A DNA stretch of 64,000 nt from Spirochaetia bacterium (lineage in GTDB: Bacteria > Spirochaetota > Spirochaetia > SZUA-6 > Bin103): the NCBI GenBank assembly GCA_965203905.1, contig CBDBDQ010000005.1:2880001-2944000 (forward strand), written 5' to 3'. Under the pieces are notes generated by a model that worked only from the letters and a program-made list of their open reading frames with translations, was not told the origin of the DNA and searched no databases. The stretch's first letter is position 1; each line of letters opens with the position of its first letter. A program made the position numbers and the translations under genes. Shown here in pieces: positions 20,522-30,778 of the stretch.

Positions 20522-20615
20522 GGGCAAGTTTCGTTCCGGACCGTGGGCCGAAAGAAACACTCGCAGGCTGGCAGCTACCGGGTCCGTGGTTCGTTGCACA
20601 CGAGGAGGTGTTTGC

Positions 20616-22628
20616 ATGAAACGTGGTATCGCAATTGTGGCAGCGCTCCTGGCAGTTGGCGGGCTGGCGTTTGCCGCCGCGGCCGGGGAGAGCGCCGCGA
20701 GCGCTCCGATGGAGGAGGCTCCGACCGGGCTCTATCCGGAGCACTGGCAGTTTGCCGATCTGGAGGCTATGGCGCTCGTAACCGGCAACATGATCACGGA
20801 GTTCCACGAGGCTCCAATGCTTGCCGAGATGGTTGCCGCGGGCGAGTTGCCGCCGGTGGACGAGCGCGTTCCCGCCCAGCCCCTGGTGATCGTGCGCAAC
20901 GAGATCGGATCCTACGGCGGAACCCTGAGAACCGCACACGAGGGCACGGTAACCGGCGTCGTGCTGACGATCGGGAAGTTCATGGAAGAGTTCGCGCTGT
21001 CGTGGAACCCGGAGCTGACCGAGACCGGCCCGAACATCCTGCGTGGCGTGGACGTGTCCGCCGATGCTACCGAGTTCACCTTCCACCTGCGTGAGGGCAT
21101 GAAGTGGAGTGACGGCGAGCCGTATACCGCCGACGACTACCTCTTCATGTACGAAGCGGATGCCAGCAACGCGGAACTGCGTCCGAACGGCCTGGGACAG
21201 CTCAAGATCGGCGGCGAGATGGGCGTGCCCACCAAGATCGACGACTACACGGTCAAGTGGACGTTCCCGTCGGCGTTCGGCTACTGGCCGATGATCCTGG
21301 CCCAGACCTGGCAGATCGTCGCGCTGCCGGAGCACTACCTGAGCCAGTTCCATCCCGACTATGCCGCCAAGGCCGACCTCGACAGTCGGATCAAGGAAGA
21401 GGGCTACGAGGACTGGGTGACCCTGTGGAGCTCGAAGAAGACGTGGGTGATCAACGAGAACCCCGACATGCCGAGCATCCGGAGCTGGCTGGTGCTCACC
21501 GACGGCATGGCGCCGGTCAACCGGATGGTACGCAATCCCTACTACTGGAAGATCGACCTTGCGGGCAATCAGCTCCCCTACATCGACGAGATCGAGAGCG
21601 TGCTGGTGGAACGCGAGGCGATGAAGCTCAAGGTGATTGCCGGGGAGATCGACTACATCACCGGCGAGCTGCTCGACCTCTGGTCCGCGGAGACCTACGC
21701 GCTGCTCAAGGAGTACGAGGAGCAGGGCAACTTCACGGTACGCACCTCGCGCGGCGCGGTGATCAACATCGGGTCGATCAATCTCAACCTGACCCATGCC
21801 GACCCCTTCTACCGCGAGCTGTTCAACCAGAAGGACTTCCGGGTAGCGCTTTCGGTCGGTGTCGATCGCGACGAGATCAACGAGGTCGTGTTCCGCGGCT
21901 CGGCGATTCCGGCGCAGGTCGGCCCCACCTACAAGGACGACGGATGGTCCGACACGTACATGGTGTATACCGAGTACGACCCGGATGAGGCGAACCGGCG
22001 GCTGGACGGCCTGGGCCTGCAGTGGAACGGCGACCGGTCCGCCAGGCTGCGCCCCGACGGCCAGCCGATCAAGCTGGTGGCGCTGGTGGAGAGCTGGCGC
22101 ATCGGCGCGGTGGAGATGACCGAGATGTACGCCCAGACCTGGAAGGATCTCGGGCTCGAGGTTGCGGTGAAGCCGATGGTGCCGGGAGGCCAGAACCCCG
22201 AGCGGGACGAGGGCAGGTACGAGATGATCGTCGGCAAGTCGTACGGCGGCAGCGCCACGGCTCCGATCATAGATGACGACGAGCTGGTGCCGTACGCCGG
22301 CGGCTACTGGGCGGTCAGCAACGAGTGGGCCGCCTGGGTGATCTCCGGCGGTGAGGAAGGCGAGGCGCCCCCTGCGGAACTGCAGGCGGACGTCACGCGG
22401 CTGTGGGAAATCGTCAACGAGTTCCAGCCGGAACCGGACGCCGCCGTGCGCGAGGGGATGCTGCAGGAGGTGTACGACATCAACCTGAACCACCTGTGGA
22501 CGATCGGCGGCATGAACCAGAACCCGGACCTGACCTTCAACCCCTACAACAACAACCTCAGGAACGTGGTCGGCAAGACCTACGCCTGGCAGGCGCACGT
22601 GCCCGCGGGGTGGTTCTACGCCCAGTAG
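20616..22628 (+). CDS. ABC substrate-binding protein, family 5
   Basis: Signal peptide, GELPPVDERVP, LREGMKWSDG, RNPYYWKID..QLPYID; GAGGAGG RBS. Confidence 0.9.
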   Translation: MKRGIAIVAALLAVGGLAFAAAAGESAASAPMEEAPTGLYPEHWQFADLEAMALVTGNMITEFHEAPMLAEMVAAGELPPVDERVPAQPLVIVRNEIGSYGGTLRTAHEGTVTGVVLTIGKFMEEFALSWNPELTETGPNILRGVDVSADATEFTFHLREGMKWSDGEPYTADDYLFMYEADASNAELRPNGLGQLKIGGEMGVPTKIDDYTVKWTFPSAFGYWPMILAQTWQIVALPEHYLSQFHPDYAAKADLDSRIKEEGYEDWVTLWSSKKTWVINENPDMPSIRSWLVLTDGMAPVNRMVRNPYYWKIDLAGNQLPYIDEIESVLVEREAMKLKVIAGEIDYITGELLDLWSAETYALLKEYEEQGNFTVRTSRGAVINIGSINLNLTHADPFYRELFNQKDFRVALSVGVDRDEINEVVFRGSAIPAQVGPTYKDDGWSDTYMVYTEYDPDEANRRLDGLGLQWNGDRSARLRPDGQPIKLVALVESWRIGAVEMTEMYAQTWKDLGLEVAVKPMVPGGQNPERDEGRYEMIVGKSYGGSATAPIIDDDELVPYAGGYWAVSNEWAAWVISGGEEGEAPPAELQADVTRLWEIVNEFQPEPDAAVREGMLQEVYDINLNHLWTIGGMNQNPDLTFNPYNNNLRNVVGKTYAWQAHVPAGWFYAQ

Positions 22629-22652
22629 GCGTGTAGACAGTCCGTTTTTTTG

Positions 22653-22683
22653 AAGACCCGGCGCGCCCCCGCCGGGTCTTTTT
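22653..22683 (+). terminator. Rho-independent terminator
   Basis: AAGACCCGGCG/CGCCGGGTCTT stem followed by T run. Confidence 0.75.
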
Positions 22684-22717
22684 CGTACCGGCAACTCATG
22701 GAAGAATCCAGGCTGAC

Positions 22718-24172
22718 ATGATCATCAAGAGCAACCCCGGCCACGTCGACACCGAGCGCGTCGTGCTGTTCCCGTTCGACGACCATGGCCTGCCGTTCCG
22801 CCAGGGGCTGCGGCTCCACCTGGTGAGCTTCAAGACGCCGGTGGACCGCACCCGCATCGTGGTCCCGCTCGGACCGCCCGGCGCGCCCGACAGCAAGCGC
22901 GTCATCTACTACGGCACCGTCCTGCGCGTCGGCGACGAGCTGTGGATGTGGTACCTCGGCCAGGGCGACGACGACCACTGGCATCAGCGGGTGTGCCTGG
23001 CGAAGAGCCGCGACGGGTACAACTGGGAGAAGCCGACCCTGGGCCTGGTGGAGTACCAGGGCTCCACGCAGAACAACCTGGTGGACATGCTCGGCGGCGC
23101 GCACTCGATTGTCGCCTGCGTGGTGTACCACGACCCGGACGACCCCGATCCGGAGCGGCGCTTCAAGGCGGTGATCGAGACCAAGGATCGCCCGCAACTG
23201 TTCGGGGTGCTGTTCTCTCCTGACGGTTTGCGCTGGCGCGAATTCGACGTCGGACCGGAGACCCCGCAGTGCGAGCCTGCCGGCGGCACCAGGTTCAACG
23301 GCTGCTACTACCTGAGCGCCCACGGCGGCCGCCACTTCGGCGCGCCGCGGCAGTTGGTTACGTATGTCTCATATGACTTCGAGCACTGGATCGAAGCCTC
23401 CTGCCTGGGGTTGCGCCGCGACGACATTCCGCCGCGGCCGTACCGGGAGATGTTCGCGGGCGGCGAGCAGGTGCACATAGGGGCGGCGCTGTGGAACCGC
23501 GGCAACGTGATCGTCGGCCTGTACGGCCAGTGGCACGGCCCCGCCAACAACGACCGCCGCCACGTCGAGATGGACCTGGGACTGGTGGTGAGCAATGACG
23601 GGCTGCACTACACCGAGCCGATCCCCGACTTCCCGATGGTGGCGGCCGCCGAGGACGGCATGAACCACCTGCCGCACCCATGGAACTTCAAGCACGCCGC
23701 CCTGGCCCAGGGGCAGGGCTTCGAGAACATCGGCGACGAGACCCTGTTCTGGTACGCGCCTTGGCCGGAGCAGTTGAGCGACGGCGTGCGCGTGGCCACC
23801 TGGCAGCGCGACCGCCTGGGCTACCTGCAGCCGTTCGATCAGCGCAAGTTGCAGGTGGCCAACGGCTGCCACGTGATCTCCGCGCCCATCGACCTGGGTG
23901 ACAAGCCGACGCGGGTGTTCCTGAACGTGGACGGCCTCTCCGAGTACGCGCAGGTCACCGTCGAGGTCCTGGACGAGCAGTTCCGGCCGCTCGACGGATA
24001 CTCGCACCGCGAGTGCCTGCCGCTCGAATCGGGCCTCAAGCAGCCGGTAGCCTGGACCAACCGCGAATTCGTGGAAGCGGCGGGTGGCTCGATCCGGATC
24101 CGGCTCAACTACACGGGAATCCGCCCCGAGGACCCCCGCCTCTACGCCATCTACGTGGAACCCGGCGCGTAG
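22718..24172 (+). CDS. Hypothetical five-bladed beta-propeller glycosidase-like protein
   Basis: Repeated SxDGxxW motifs (SRDGYNWEKP, SPDGLRW, SNDGLHY), YGTVL..WMWY. Confidence 0.6.
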   Translation: MIIKSNPGHVDTERVVLFPFDDHGLPFRQGLRLHLVSFKTPVDRTRIVVPLGPPGAPDSKRVIYYGTVLRVGDELWMWYLGQGDDDHWHQRVCLAKSRDGYNWEKPTLGLVEYQGSTQNNLVDMLGGAHSIVACVVYHDPDDPDPERRFKAVIETKDRPQLFGVLFSPDGLRWREFDVGPETPQCEPAGGTRFNGCYYLSAHGGRHFGAPRQLVTYVSYDFEHWIEASCLGLRRDDIPPRPYREMFAGGEQVHIGAALWNRGNVIVGLYGQWHGPANNDRRHVEMDLGLVVSNDGLHYTEPIPDFPMVAAAEDGMNHLPHPWNFKHAALAQGQGFENIGDETLFWYAPWPEQLSDGVRVATWQRDRLGYLQPFDQRKLQVANGCHVISAPIDLGDKPTRVFLNVDGLSEYAQVTVEVLDEQFRPLDGYSHRECLPLESGLKQPVAWTNREFVEAAGGSIRIRLNYTGIRPEDPRLYAIYVEPGA

Positions 24173-24312
24173 CCCGAACCGTCGATACCGGCGTGGGCGT
24201 CGGCGGCCGCGCCGGCCGCGGCGCCGGCCCGCCCCATACGGCGCAGGCCGTTCGACGAGCAGACGCGGCAACTCCGACACACGCGCGAACGGGTCGTTGG
24301 TTGGGGTCGCGC

Positions 24313-24342
24313 TTGACACGGATTTGGGCCGGCCTCTACACT
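24313..24342 (+). promoter_or_regulatory. Putative sigma70 promoter
   Basis: TTGACA-18 nt-TACACT. Confidence 0.5.
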
Positions 24343-24889
24343 CGTTCGCGAATGGGCACTGACACCATCCAGCCCGACTACCGACTAATAGCCGCGCAGC
24401 AGCCGACCTCGCGGCGCCGGTGCTGAGCGCGGCACCATCGATCGGTGTGGCGCACTGCCGCCACGCATCCGCACGTCTAACGGCCGACAGCGTCGGCCGC
24501 AAATTCCACCGGTCCACAGCAGCGTGCGTAGCGACACTCGCCGGTACCTCTATACAGACAACTGACACATCTGTGCCCGACCACAGTTGTCGACGACAGA
24601 TGCTCGCGAGCCGCGCCACCGGCTGGTCCGATGGCCGAGCCAGCGTCCTTCAAGCTCCCCAAAATAGCTCAAGAAAGGAGGTGCAAATGATTCTCAAAGA
24701 GCCGGAGGCGCGCGCGACGTGAGCCCGGGTGAACTACGGGCCTGGTTCCCACTCACCCGGTGAGTCACACGCCGCGCGCTTCTGACAACTTGACTCAGAC
24801 TGGCAGCCTGCGTTGCAGGCGTGAGAGTAGCCAGGGAGCGGCAGTCCGCTCCGCAATATTCTCAAAAAGACAAATTCAAGGAGAATACC

Positions 24890-26716
24890 ATGGCCTATAT
24901 CGTAAGCATTACAAGGGCCTTCGCGGTTGCGTTGGTCCTTGTCCTGACCGCAACCGGCCTGTGGGCCGCTGGCGCAGAAGAGGCACCGGCAGCCGCCGCC
25001 GAGAAGGAAATGGTGCTCGACCCGACCACCGGCGAGATGGTGGAGGCCCCACGCTATGGCGGGTCGATAACCGTTCTCAGTCATGATTGGGCTCCTGCGA
25101 CTATGGACCCGTATTTTTCGGCCCCTCAGGCCCTTCAGTATCTCACACAGGTTTTGGAGAAGCTAGCCATTGGCGACTGGGGAATAGATAGGGACGTATA
25201 TGACTGGTCTGGCCCCCCGGTTTTTCCTATGAGTGCCATGCGAGGGGCGTTGGCGGAAAGCTGGGAGATCTCCTCGGACAACCTCACCTTTACCTTCAAC
25301 ATCCGCCAGGGCGTTCACTTCCACGATAAGGCACCGGTGAACGGACGCGAGATGACTGCCAAGGATGTAGAATATAGCTTTCACCGCATGTTGGGAAATA
25401 AACTGACAGGGACCGAGTTCAGTGACACCGAACCTTCCCCCCACATCGGTACTTGGAAAACTAGAGAGGTCGAATCGGTAACGGCAACGGACCAATGGAC
25501 GGTTGTTTTGAAGCTGAAACAGCCAGACCCCATGGCCCTGCGGGATAGCATCGACACGAGTGTGTTTTATGTGATTCCAAGGGAGGTAATCGACACATAC
25601 GGTGACATGAAGGATTGGAGGAACGCGGTCGGCACCGGACCCTTTGAGATGACTGAGTATGTCGAGGGCAGCTCTATAACCTATACCAAGCATCCCAACT
25701 ACTGGAGCTTCGACGAGAAATTTCCGCAGAACCGCCTGCCCTATGTTGACGAGATGAGGTTCTTGTTCATGACGGAGCCAGCAACACGAATTGCGGCGCT
25801 GCGCACGGCTAAGGTCGATCTCCAGGGCAGTCTCACGTACGCGCTCAAAAACAAGGACGACATGGAGAGGCTGCAACGGACCAACCCTGAAATCGTGATA
25901 ACCGAGCATCCTAACCGGTCGGACTATGGTATCGGCATGAACACGCAGAAGGCGCCATTTGATGACATCCGGGTACGCAAGGCAATGCAGATGGCACTGG
26001 ACCGTGAGACACTTCACAATACCTACTTCAAAGGGTGGGGAAGCTGGACACCTCATTCATTGCTAGCCAACGATATGCCAGTGGTTGGCACCGCATTTGA
26101 AGAGTGGCCCGAAGAGCTCAAGAAAATCTATGACTACGACCCGGCTGAGGCCGAGAGGCTCCTTGATGAGGCGGGGTATCCGCGCGCGGCCGACGGCATC
26201 AGGTTCAAGCTCACAATGGGACATTGGGACGGGGGCGATCTGGACTATGCACAATTGGTAGCCGTTACCTACTATCGTGACATTGGCGTTGAAATAGAGG
26301 TTGAGCCAGTGCCAGGTGCGGAGTGGGCCAGTTACATTAACGCCGCACAGTGGGACATGTTTGGTGGTATGACAATGGCGGCGAAATATGGTAATCCCTT
26401 GGGTTTCTTGAGTCAGCTCGGGACTGGCGCTTCTGCCAACCGCTGCAATTGCGCCGATCCCGCTTATGACGCCATTTTAGAAGCCGCCGCAGGTGCCGCC
26501 ACGGAAGAGGAGTTTTTGCTGCAGGTGAGAGAGCTGATTGAGCACATGAAAGAGCAGGTCTGGTTCGTATCGGGTCCGCAAATTCCATTAATAGGCGTGC
26601 ACCAACCGTGGGTCAAGGGTCTCAACAACGAATTTTGGCTGGGATCCAACAAGACAAATGCCATCGTCCCCCGCCTCTGGGTCGACCAGGAGTTGAAGGC
26701 AGCGATGGGTTTTTAG
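24890..26716 (+). CDS. ABC substrate-binding protein, family 5
   Basis: LAESWEIS, VGTGPF, LPYVD, APFDDIRVRKAM; AAGGAG RBS. Confidence 0.9.
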   Translation: MAYIVSITRAFAVALVLVLTATGLWAAGAEEAPAAAAEKEMVLDPTTGEMVEAPRYGGSITVLSHDWAPATMDPYFSAPQALQYLTQVLEKLAIGDWGIDRDVYDWSGPPVFPMSAMRGALAESWEISSDNLTFTFNIRQGVHFHDKAPVNGREMTAKDVEYSFHRMLGNKLTGTEFSDTEPSPHIGTWKTREVESVTATDQWTVVLKLKQPDPMALRDSIDTSVFYVIPREVIDTYGDMKDWRNAVGTGPFEMTEYVEGSSITYTKHPNYWSFDEKFPQNRLPYVDEMRFLFMTEPATRIAALRTAKVDLQGSLTYALKNKDDMERLQRTNPEIVITEHPNRSDYGIGMNTQKAPFDDIRVRKAMQMALDRETLHNTYFKGWGSWTPHSLLANDMPVVGTAFEEWPEELKKIYDYDPAEAERLLDEAGYPRAADGIRFKLTMGHWDGGDLDYAQLVAVTYYRDIGVEIEVEPVPGAEWASYINAAQWDMFGGMTMAAKYGNPLGFLSQLGTGASANRCNCADPAYDAILEAAAGAATEEEFLLQVRELIEHMKEQVWFVSGPQIPLIGVHQPWVKGLNNEFWLGSNKTNAIVPRLWVDQELKAAMGF

Positions 26717-26750
26717 GCGTTTCACCCGTTGTGGCTGACCTTGAGGAAAG

Positions 26751-26785
26751 AGGGAGCTGGGAGGCTCAGGCTTCCCCAGCTCCCT
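26751..26785 (+). terminator. Intergenic hairpin after SBP (terminator or mRNA stabiliser)
   Basis: AGGGAGCTGGG..CCCAGCTCCCT stem. Confidence 0.6.
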
Positions 26786-26829
26786 AACCTTTTCCCGGAT
26801 GATATGGCTGGAGTAATGAGGTCTATCAC

Positions 26830-27840
26830 ATGAGAGCCTATATCATCAGGAGGTTATTGCTCATAATCCCCACCTTGTGGATATTGAGCATCCTGGTCTT
26901 TCTCTCGGTCCGCTTCATCCCCGGCGATGCAATAGACGTGTGGGTGGCTAGGATGGCGACCTATGGCGAGGCCATCCAGGACTTTGAGCGTGAAGATTTT
27001 GAGCGCTTTCTGGGATTGGACGTGCCTGTGCACGTGCAGTATGGACGCTGGATAGGAGTGCTGCCGAGCCCTGACTGGGTTACCGGTGAGTTCCACTTTA
27101 GAGGTCTCCTCCAGGGCACCCTTGGCGAATCAATAGGGGGCAGCGCCGCTTCGATAGAGGAAAGGCTAATAGGTAGATTGCCGGTTACCATTCAGCTTGG
27201 CGGCATGGCAATCGTAATCGGGCTACTGATAGCCCTGCCGGTCGGCATCTACTCGGCGATTCGCCAGGATACGGCCGCCGACTACGTAGGGCGTACCGCG
27301 GGGATCATCGGCATGTCAGTGCCTAACTTCTGGCTGGCAATTATGGTCATGATCTACCCGGTAATCTGGTGGGGCTGGTCGCCACCGCTGGAGTGGGTTG
27401 CTTTCACCGAAGACCCACTGGGAAGTCTCAAGGGGTTATTCATTCCCAGCCTGATTCTGGGGACGGGAATGTCTGCGGGCACGATGCGGTTGACGCGCAC
27501 CACGATGCTGGAGGTGCTTAGGCAAGACTATATCAGGACCGCCTGGTCCAAGGGTCTCAATGAGAGGGTAGTTGTTGTGAGACACGCCGTCAAGAATGCC
27601 CTCATCCCGGTAGTTACTGTGATAGGCATGCAGTTGCCTCTGCTGGTAGGTGGCTCCGTTATCATAGAGAACATATTTAACCTGCCGGGGGTGGGTCGTC
27701 TCTTTCTGACCGCACTCACTGAGCGAGACTACCCGATGGTCTCCGGAGTCAACCTGTTTTTGGCGACCGTGATTGTAGGGACCAATCTGATCATCGACCT
27801 GGTTTATCCGTACTTGGACCCCAGGGTCCGATACAGCTAA
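26830..27840 (+). CDS. Opp/Dpp-type ABC permease B
   Basis: QDYIRTAWSKGL, LDPRVRY. Confidence 0.92.
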   Translation: MRAYIIRRLLLIIPTLWILSILVFLSVRFIPGDAIDVWVARMATYGEAIQDFEREDFERFLGLDVPVHVQYGRWIGVLPSPDWVTGEFHFRGLLQGTLGESIGGSAASIEERLIGRLPVTIQLGGMAIVIGLLIALPVGIYSAIRQDTAADYVGRTAGIIGMSVPNFWLAIMVMIYPVIWWGWSPPLEWVAFTEDPLGSLKGLFIPSLILGTGMSAGTMRLTRTTMLEVLRQDYIRTAWSKGLNERVVVVRHAVKNALIPVVTVIGMQLPLLVGGSVIIENIFNLPGVGRLFLTALTERDYPMVSGVNLFLATVIVGTNLIIDLVYPYLDPRVRYS

Positions 27841-27857
27841 AGGGGGGGATCGGGCAT

Positions 27858-28808
27858 ATGAGCGACGCCACAGGGATACCATTACCAGTAAACGAGCCAG
27901 AGAGACGTAGCAGGTTGGCTGATTTCTTTATCAGGCTGGTCAGGGAGAAACCGGTGGGTACTGCCAGCGGGATTGTCATATTGATATTGATTTTTGTCGC
28001 AATCTTTGGCGGTGTTCTGACTCCTTATCCATATGATGAAGCACACATTTCTGACATGATGAAGGGTCCATCAGCCCAGTATCTGCTGGGTACCGACCAG
28101 TTGGGGCGAGACTTATTGAGCCGCATAATCTACGGGGCTCGTATTTCGATACTTGTCGGTCTGACAGTGACCACTATCAGTGTTGCCACCAGTACCCTGA
28201 TAGGCGGCACTTCAGGATTCATTGGTGGTAAATTGGACCTGGGTGTGCAAAGATTTGTCGATGCCTGGCTGGCTTTCCCGGGACTGCTCCTGCTGTTGAC
28301 GATGATGTCCATAGTCGGGCGAGGTCTGCCGCAGATAATACTGGTCCTGGGGATATCAGGAGGCATTGGCGGCAGTCGAGTAATCAGAGGCGCCGTGATC
28401 GGCATCAAAGAGAATGTGTATTTTCAGGCGGCCGACGCCGTTGGCTCCTCGAGATTGCGAACATTCATGCGCCACGTGGTGCCGAATATCGTGCCTATCG
28501 TGATCATAATGTTCAGCGTGAGCATAGGCGGCGTAATCCTCGCTTTGGCTTCTCTGGGCTTCCTCGGATTTGGTCTGCCTCCCGGGACTCCTGATTGGGG
28601 GGGGCTGCTCAGCCGGGAGGGACGCCAGTATATGGAGGCAGCGCCGCGGCTGGCGTTCTGGCCCGGTCTGTGCCTGACTATCACCGTCTTCAGTCTCAAC
28701 ATGTTCGGCGACGCCGTGCGAGACCTGCTCGACCCGCGGCTGAAGGGCGGTGTGGGTCGTCTGGGCGCCGATAATCGCGCCGGTTCGGTACGCGCACGGG
28801 GAGCATGA
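27858..28808 (+). CDS. Opp/Dpp-type ABC permease C
   Basis: LGTDQLGRDLLSRII, GDAVRDLLDPR. Confidence 0.92.
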   Translation: MSDATGIPLPVNEPERRSRLADFFIRLVREKPVGTASGIVILILIFVAIFGGVLTPYPYDEAHISDMMKGPSAQYLLGTDQLGRDLLSRIIYGARISILVGLTVTTISVATSTLIGGTSGFIGGKLDLGVQRFVDAWLAFPGLLLLLTMMSIVGRGLPQIILVLGISGGIGGSRVIRGAVIGIKENVYFQAADAVGSSRLRTFMRHVVPNIVPIVIIMFSVSIGGVILALASLGFLGFGLPPGTPDWGGLLSREGRQYMEAAPRLAFWPGLCLTITVFSLNMFGDAVRDLLDPRLKGGVGRLGADNRAGSVRARGA

Positions 28809-29020
28809 AGGGTACTGCTCAGCGCATACGCTGGCGGCGTGCTACGCGACGTTGACCGCCCTGCCATTGGAGACGCGTATCGTGCCCGGAGAGGCGGGAA
28901 GCTGCAAATGGACTGCGCGCGCCAGGTGGCCGCGGACCAGATCCTTTCCTGCAACGTGTCTCATTTCGACCGCTTCCAGGTGCCCGGTATCACGATCAGG
29001 GAACAGTAATCGGGATTACG

Positions 29021-29809
29021 TCACCAGCGAGGGATCCCGCCGAGCAGCAGCTTCTGCTCCGGGGTGCCGTTCTCGCTCAGGGCGGTCATCTTCGGCCCGT
29101 CGAAGGTCTCGCGGGACTTCATCCACGCGTTCTGGTAGCACATCAGGCACACCCGCCGCTTCGTATCCGAGTTGTTGGCCGCCCCGCGGTGGTAGAGCCA
29201 GCCGCTGAACAGCACCGCCTGTCCCGGCTTGGCGAGCACCCAGAGCTCGTCCGGGAACTCCGCGGGGCTGTCCTTCGGCGGCTTGAAGATTGCCCGGTGG
29301 CTGCCCGGGACGATGACGATGGGCCCGTTGTCCCTGGTCAGCTCGTCCAGGTAGTAGCCGCAGTTGATCTGCCCCGGGATCGAGCCGAAGGGGGTGCCGT
29401 CGGGATCCTGGGGCCACGGTCCGTCGCGGTGCCAGTTCTGCTCGGGCGTGCCGGGCGGGGTGACGCGGCCGGAGGCGCTGTGGAGCTGCACCGCGTTGCC
29501 GAGGAGCGCCTTCATGCGGGTGAGGACCGGCGGGTTGTCGAGCAGGAAGGCGAAGCGGTCGTCCTCCTCCAACAACTCCCGGAACAGGCTGCCGGTCGGC
29601 CCCGGGTTGGGCTCCCCGTTCCAGCCCACGGTGTCGCGGGAGTCGGCGTCGTCCATGGCCGCGCGCAGGACCTCGACCTGCTCCGGGGTGATGGCGTCGT
29701 CGACGACGAGGTACCCCCACTTCTGGAAGAAGCGCACCTCCCGCTCCAACTCGGGCGTGAGGTCCGGATTCAGTCGCTCCGGAACGATCGAATGGTCGGG
29801 ACGAGCCAT
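29021..29809 (-). CDS. Phytanoyl-CoA dioxygenase (PhyH) family Fe/2OG oxygenase
   Basis: GYLVVDD, WHRD, VPGSH, LYHRG..N..R. Confidence 0.88.
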   Translation of the reverse strand: MARPDHSIVPERLNPDLTPELEREVRFFQKWGYLVVDDAITPEQVEVLRAAMDDADSRDTVGWNGEPNPGPTGSLFRELLEEDDRFAFLLDNPPVLTRMKALLGNAVQLHSASGRVTPPGTPEQNWHRDGPWPQDPDGTPFGSIPGQINCGYYLDELTRDNGPIVIVPGSHRAIFKPPKDSPAEFPDELWVLAKPGQAVLFSGWLYHRGAANNSDTKRRVCLMCYQNAWMKSRETFDGPKMTALSENGTPEQKLLLGGIPRW

Positions 29810-29839
29810 GGCATGCTCCGTTTGGTGGTTTCCATCATT

Positions 29840-30094
29840 ACGTCGAGCGTCCACCGCCAGAGTCAAGCCAGCGCTGGTCCTGGTGAGCGTCCCCTCCGCG
29901 ACGCTCACGCGTCACTATCGGGTAGCAAAGCACTCCCTTCACGGCGAGTTCCACGACCTCTTGTGCGTGGCGCACGGTGATGTTCCACGAATCGCGGTCG
30001 AGGGCGGCCTTGATCTCGTCCAGGTACTCTTGAGCGGCCGCCAGTAGCTTGCGCCCTCGTTCGTCGTTGCTCAGGGCAGTTGCTCCCGGTTCAC
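29840..30094 (-). pseudogene. Truncated, frameshifted HEPN-domain toxin of an MNT-HEPN pair
   Basis: Manual translation: AQEYLDEIKAAL..WNITVRHAQEVVELAVKGVL, then homology is lost; early TGA. Confidence 0.65.
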
Positions 30095-30594
30095 AGGGTG
30101 ACGATCTCCCCCGGACGCAGGTCGGGCTTGAGGTCCCAGTACCAGGAGCCGTCGCCGAGCTCGATACGCCGCGAACCGAGTTCCGCGAGCCGCTTCCGCA
30201 CGTGTGCCAGCTTCCTGGCGAGGACGTCGCGAGGATCGAACAGCACGATGCCGTGGTGGGCTATGTCGAGCAGCAGCCACGGAGTGTCGGCCAGGCTCGT
30301 TTCGCTGCGGAACACCGGCATCGGCTTGGTGGGCGCACCGCGGGTCCGCAACTTGGCCGTAAGGGGATCGTCGCGGAGGCCGATCTCCACTTCGACGAAG
30401 CTGCACAGGGCCTCGTGGCGGTCGCCGCGGTGAACTATGAACAAGTCGATGTCGCTGGTTGGGCGCGCCGCCTGGCGAGCGACCGACCCGTACAGGGCCA
30501 TGGCTACCAGGCGCTCACCCAGTACGGCACGCAGATCGGTCAGGAGCCGGTCGGTGAGCGGTTTCACGTCGGCGTAGCCGCTCAGGACAGCCAT
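30091..30594 (-). CDS. Minimal nucleotidyltransferase (MNT) antitoxin-like
   Basis: LYGSVAR..SDIDL motif, WYWDLKPD tail. Confidence 0.85.
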   Translation of the reverse strand: MAVLSGYADVKPLTDRLLTDLRAVLGERLVAMALYGSVARQAARPTSDIDLFIVHRGDRHEALCSFVEVEIGLRDDPLTAKLRTRGAPTKPMPVFRSETSLADTPWLLLDIAHHGIVLFDPRDVLARKLAHVRKRLAELGSRRIELGDGSWYWDLKPDLRPGEIVTL

Positions 30595-30737
30595 GTCGAA
30601 ACGATAGCACAAACCCGCAGCGCATGGATGCTTGTACGGCATCCCGGCCATTCCGCCCAGGACGATCCTACGCTATAGGGATAATGGGCCCAGCACCGCC
30701 CCTGCCTACAGCCGCCTTGCATCCTTCCTGACTTTGC

Positions 30738-30750
30738 ATGACAATGTCAT
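30738..30750. promoter_or_regulatory. Palindromic operator of DinJ/RelB-YafQ module
   Basis: ATGACA-A-TGTCAT 28 nt upstream of antitoxin start. Confidence 0.6.
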
Positions 30751-30778
30751 TCATTCGACGGGAGAGGGAGAATCGACC

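Noticed and set aside
20349-22694. Long antisense ORFs (also 1892-3466, 14516-16372, 42057-43991, 5020-6249)
   Set aside because: Shadow frames of high-GC genes whose opposite strand carries clear family motifs.
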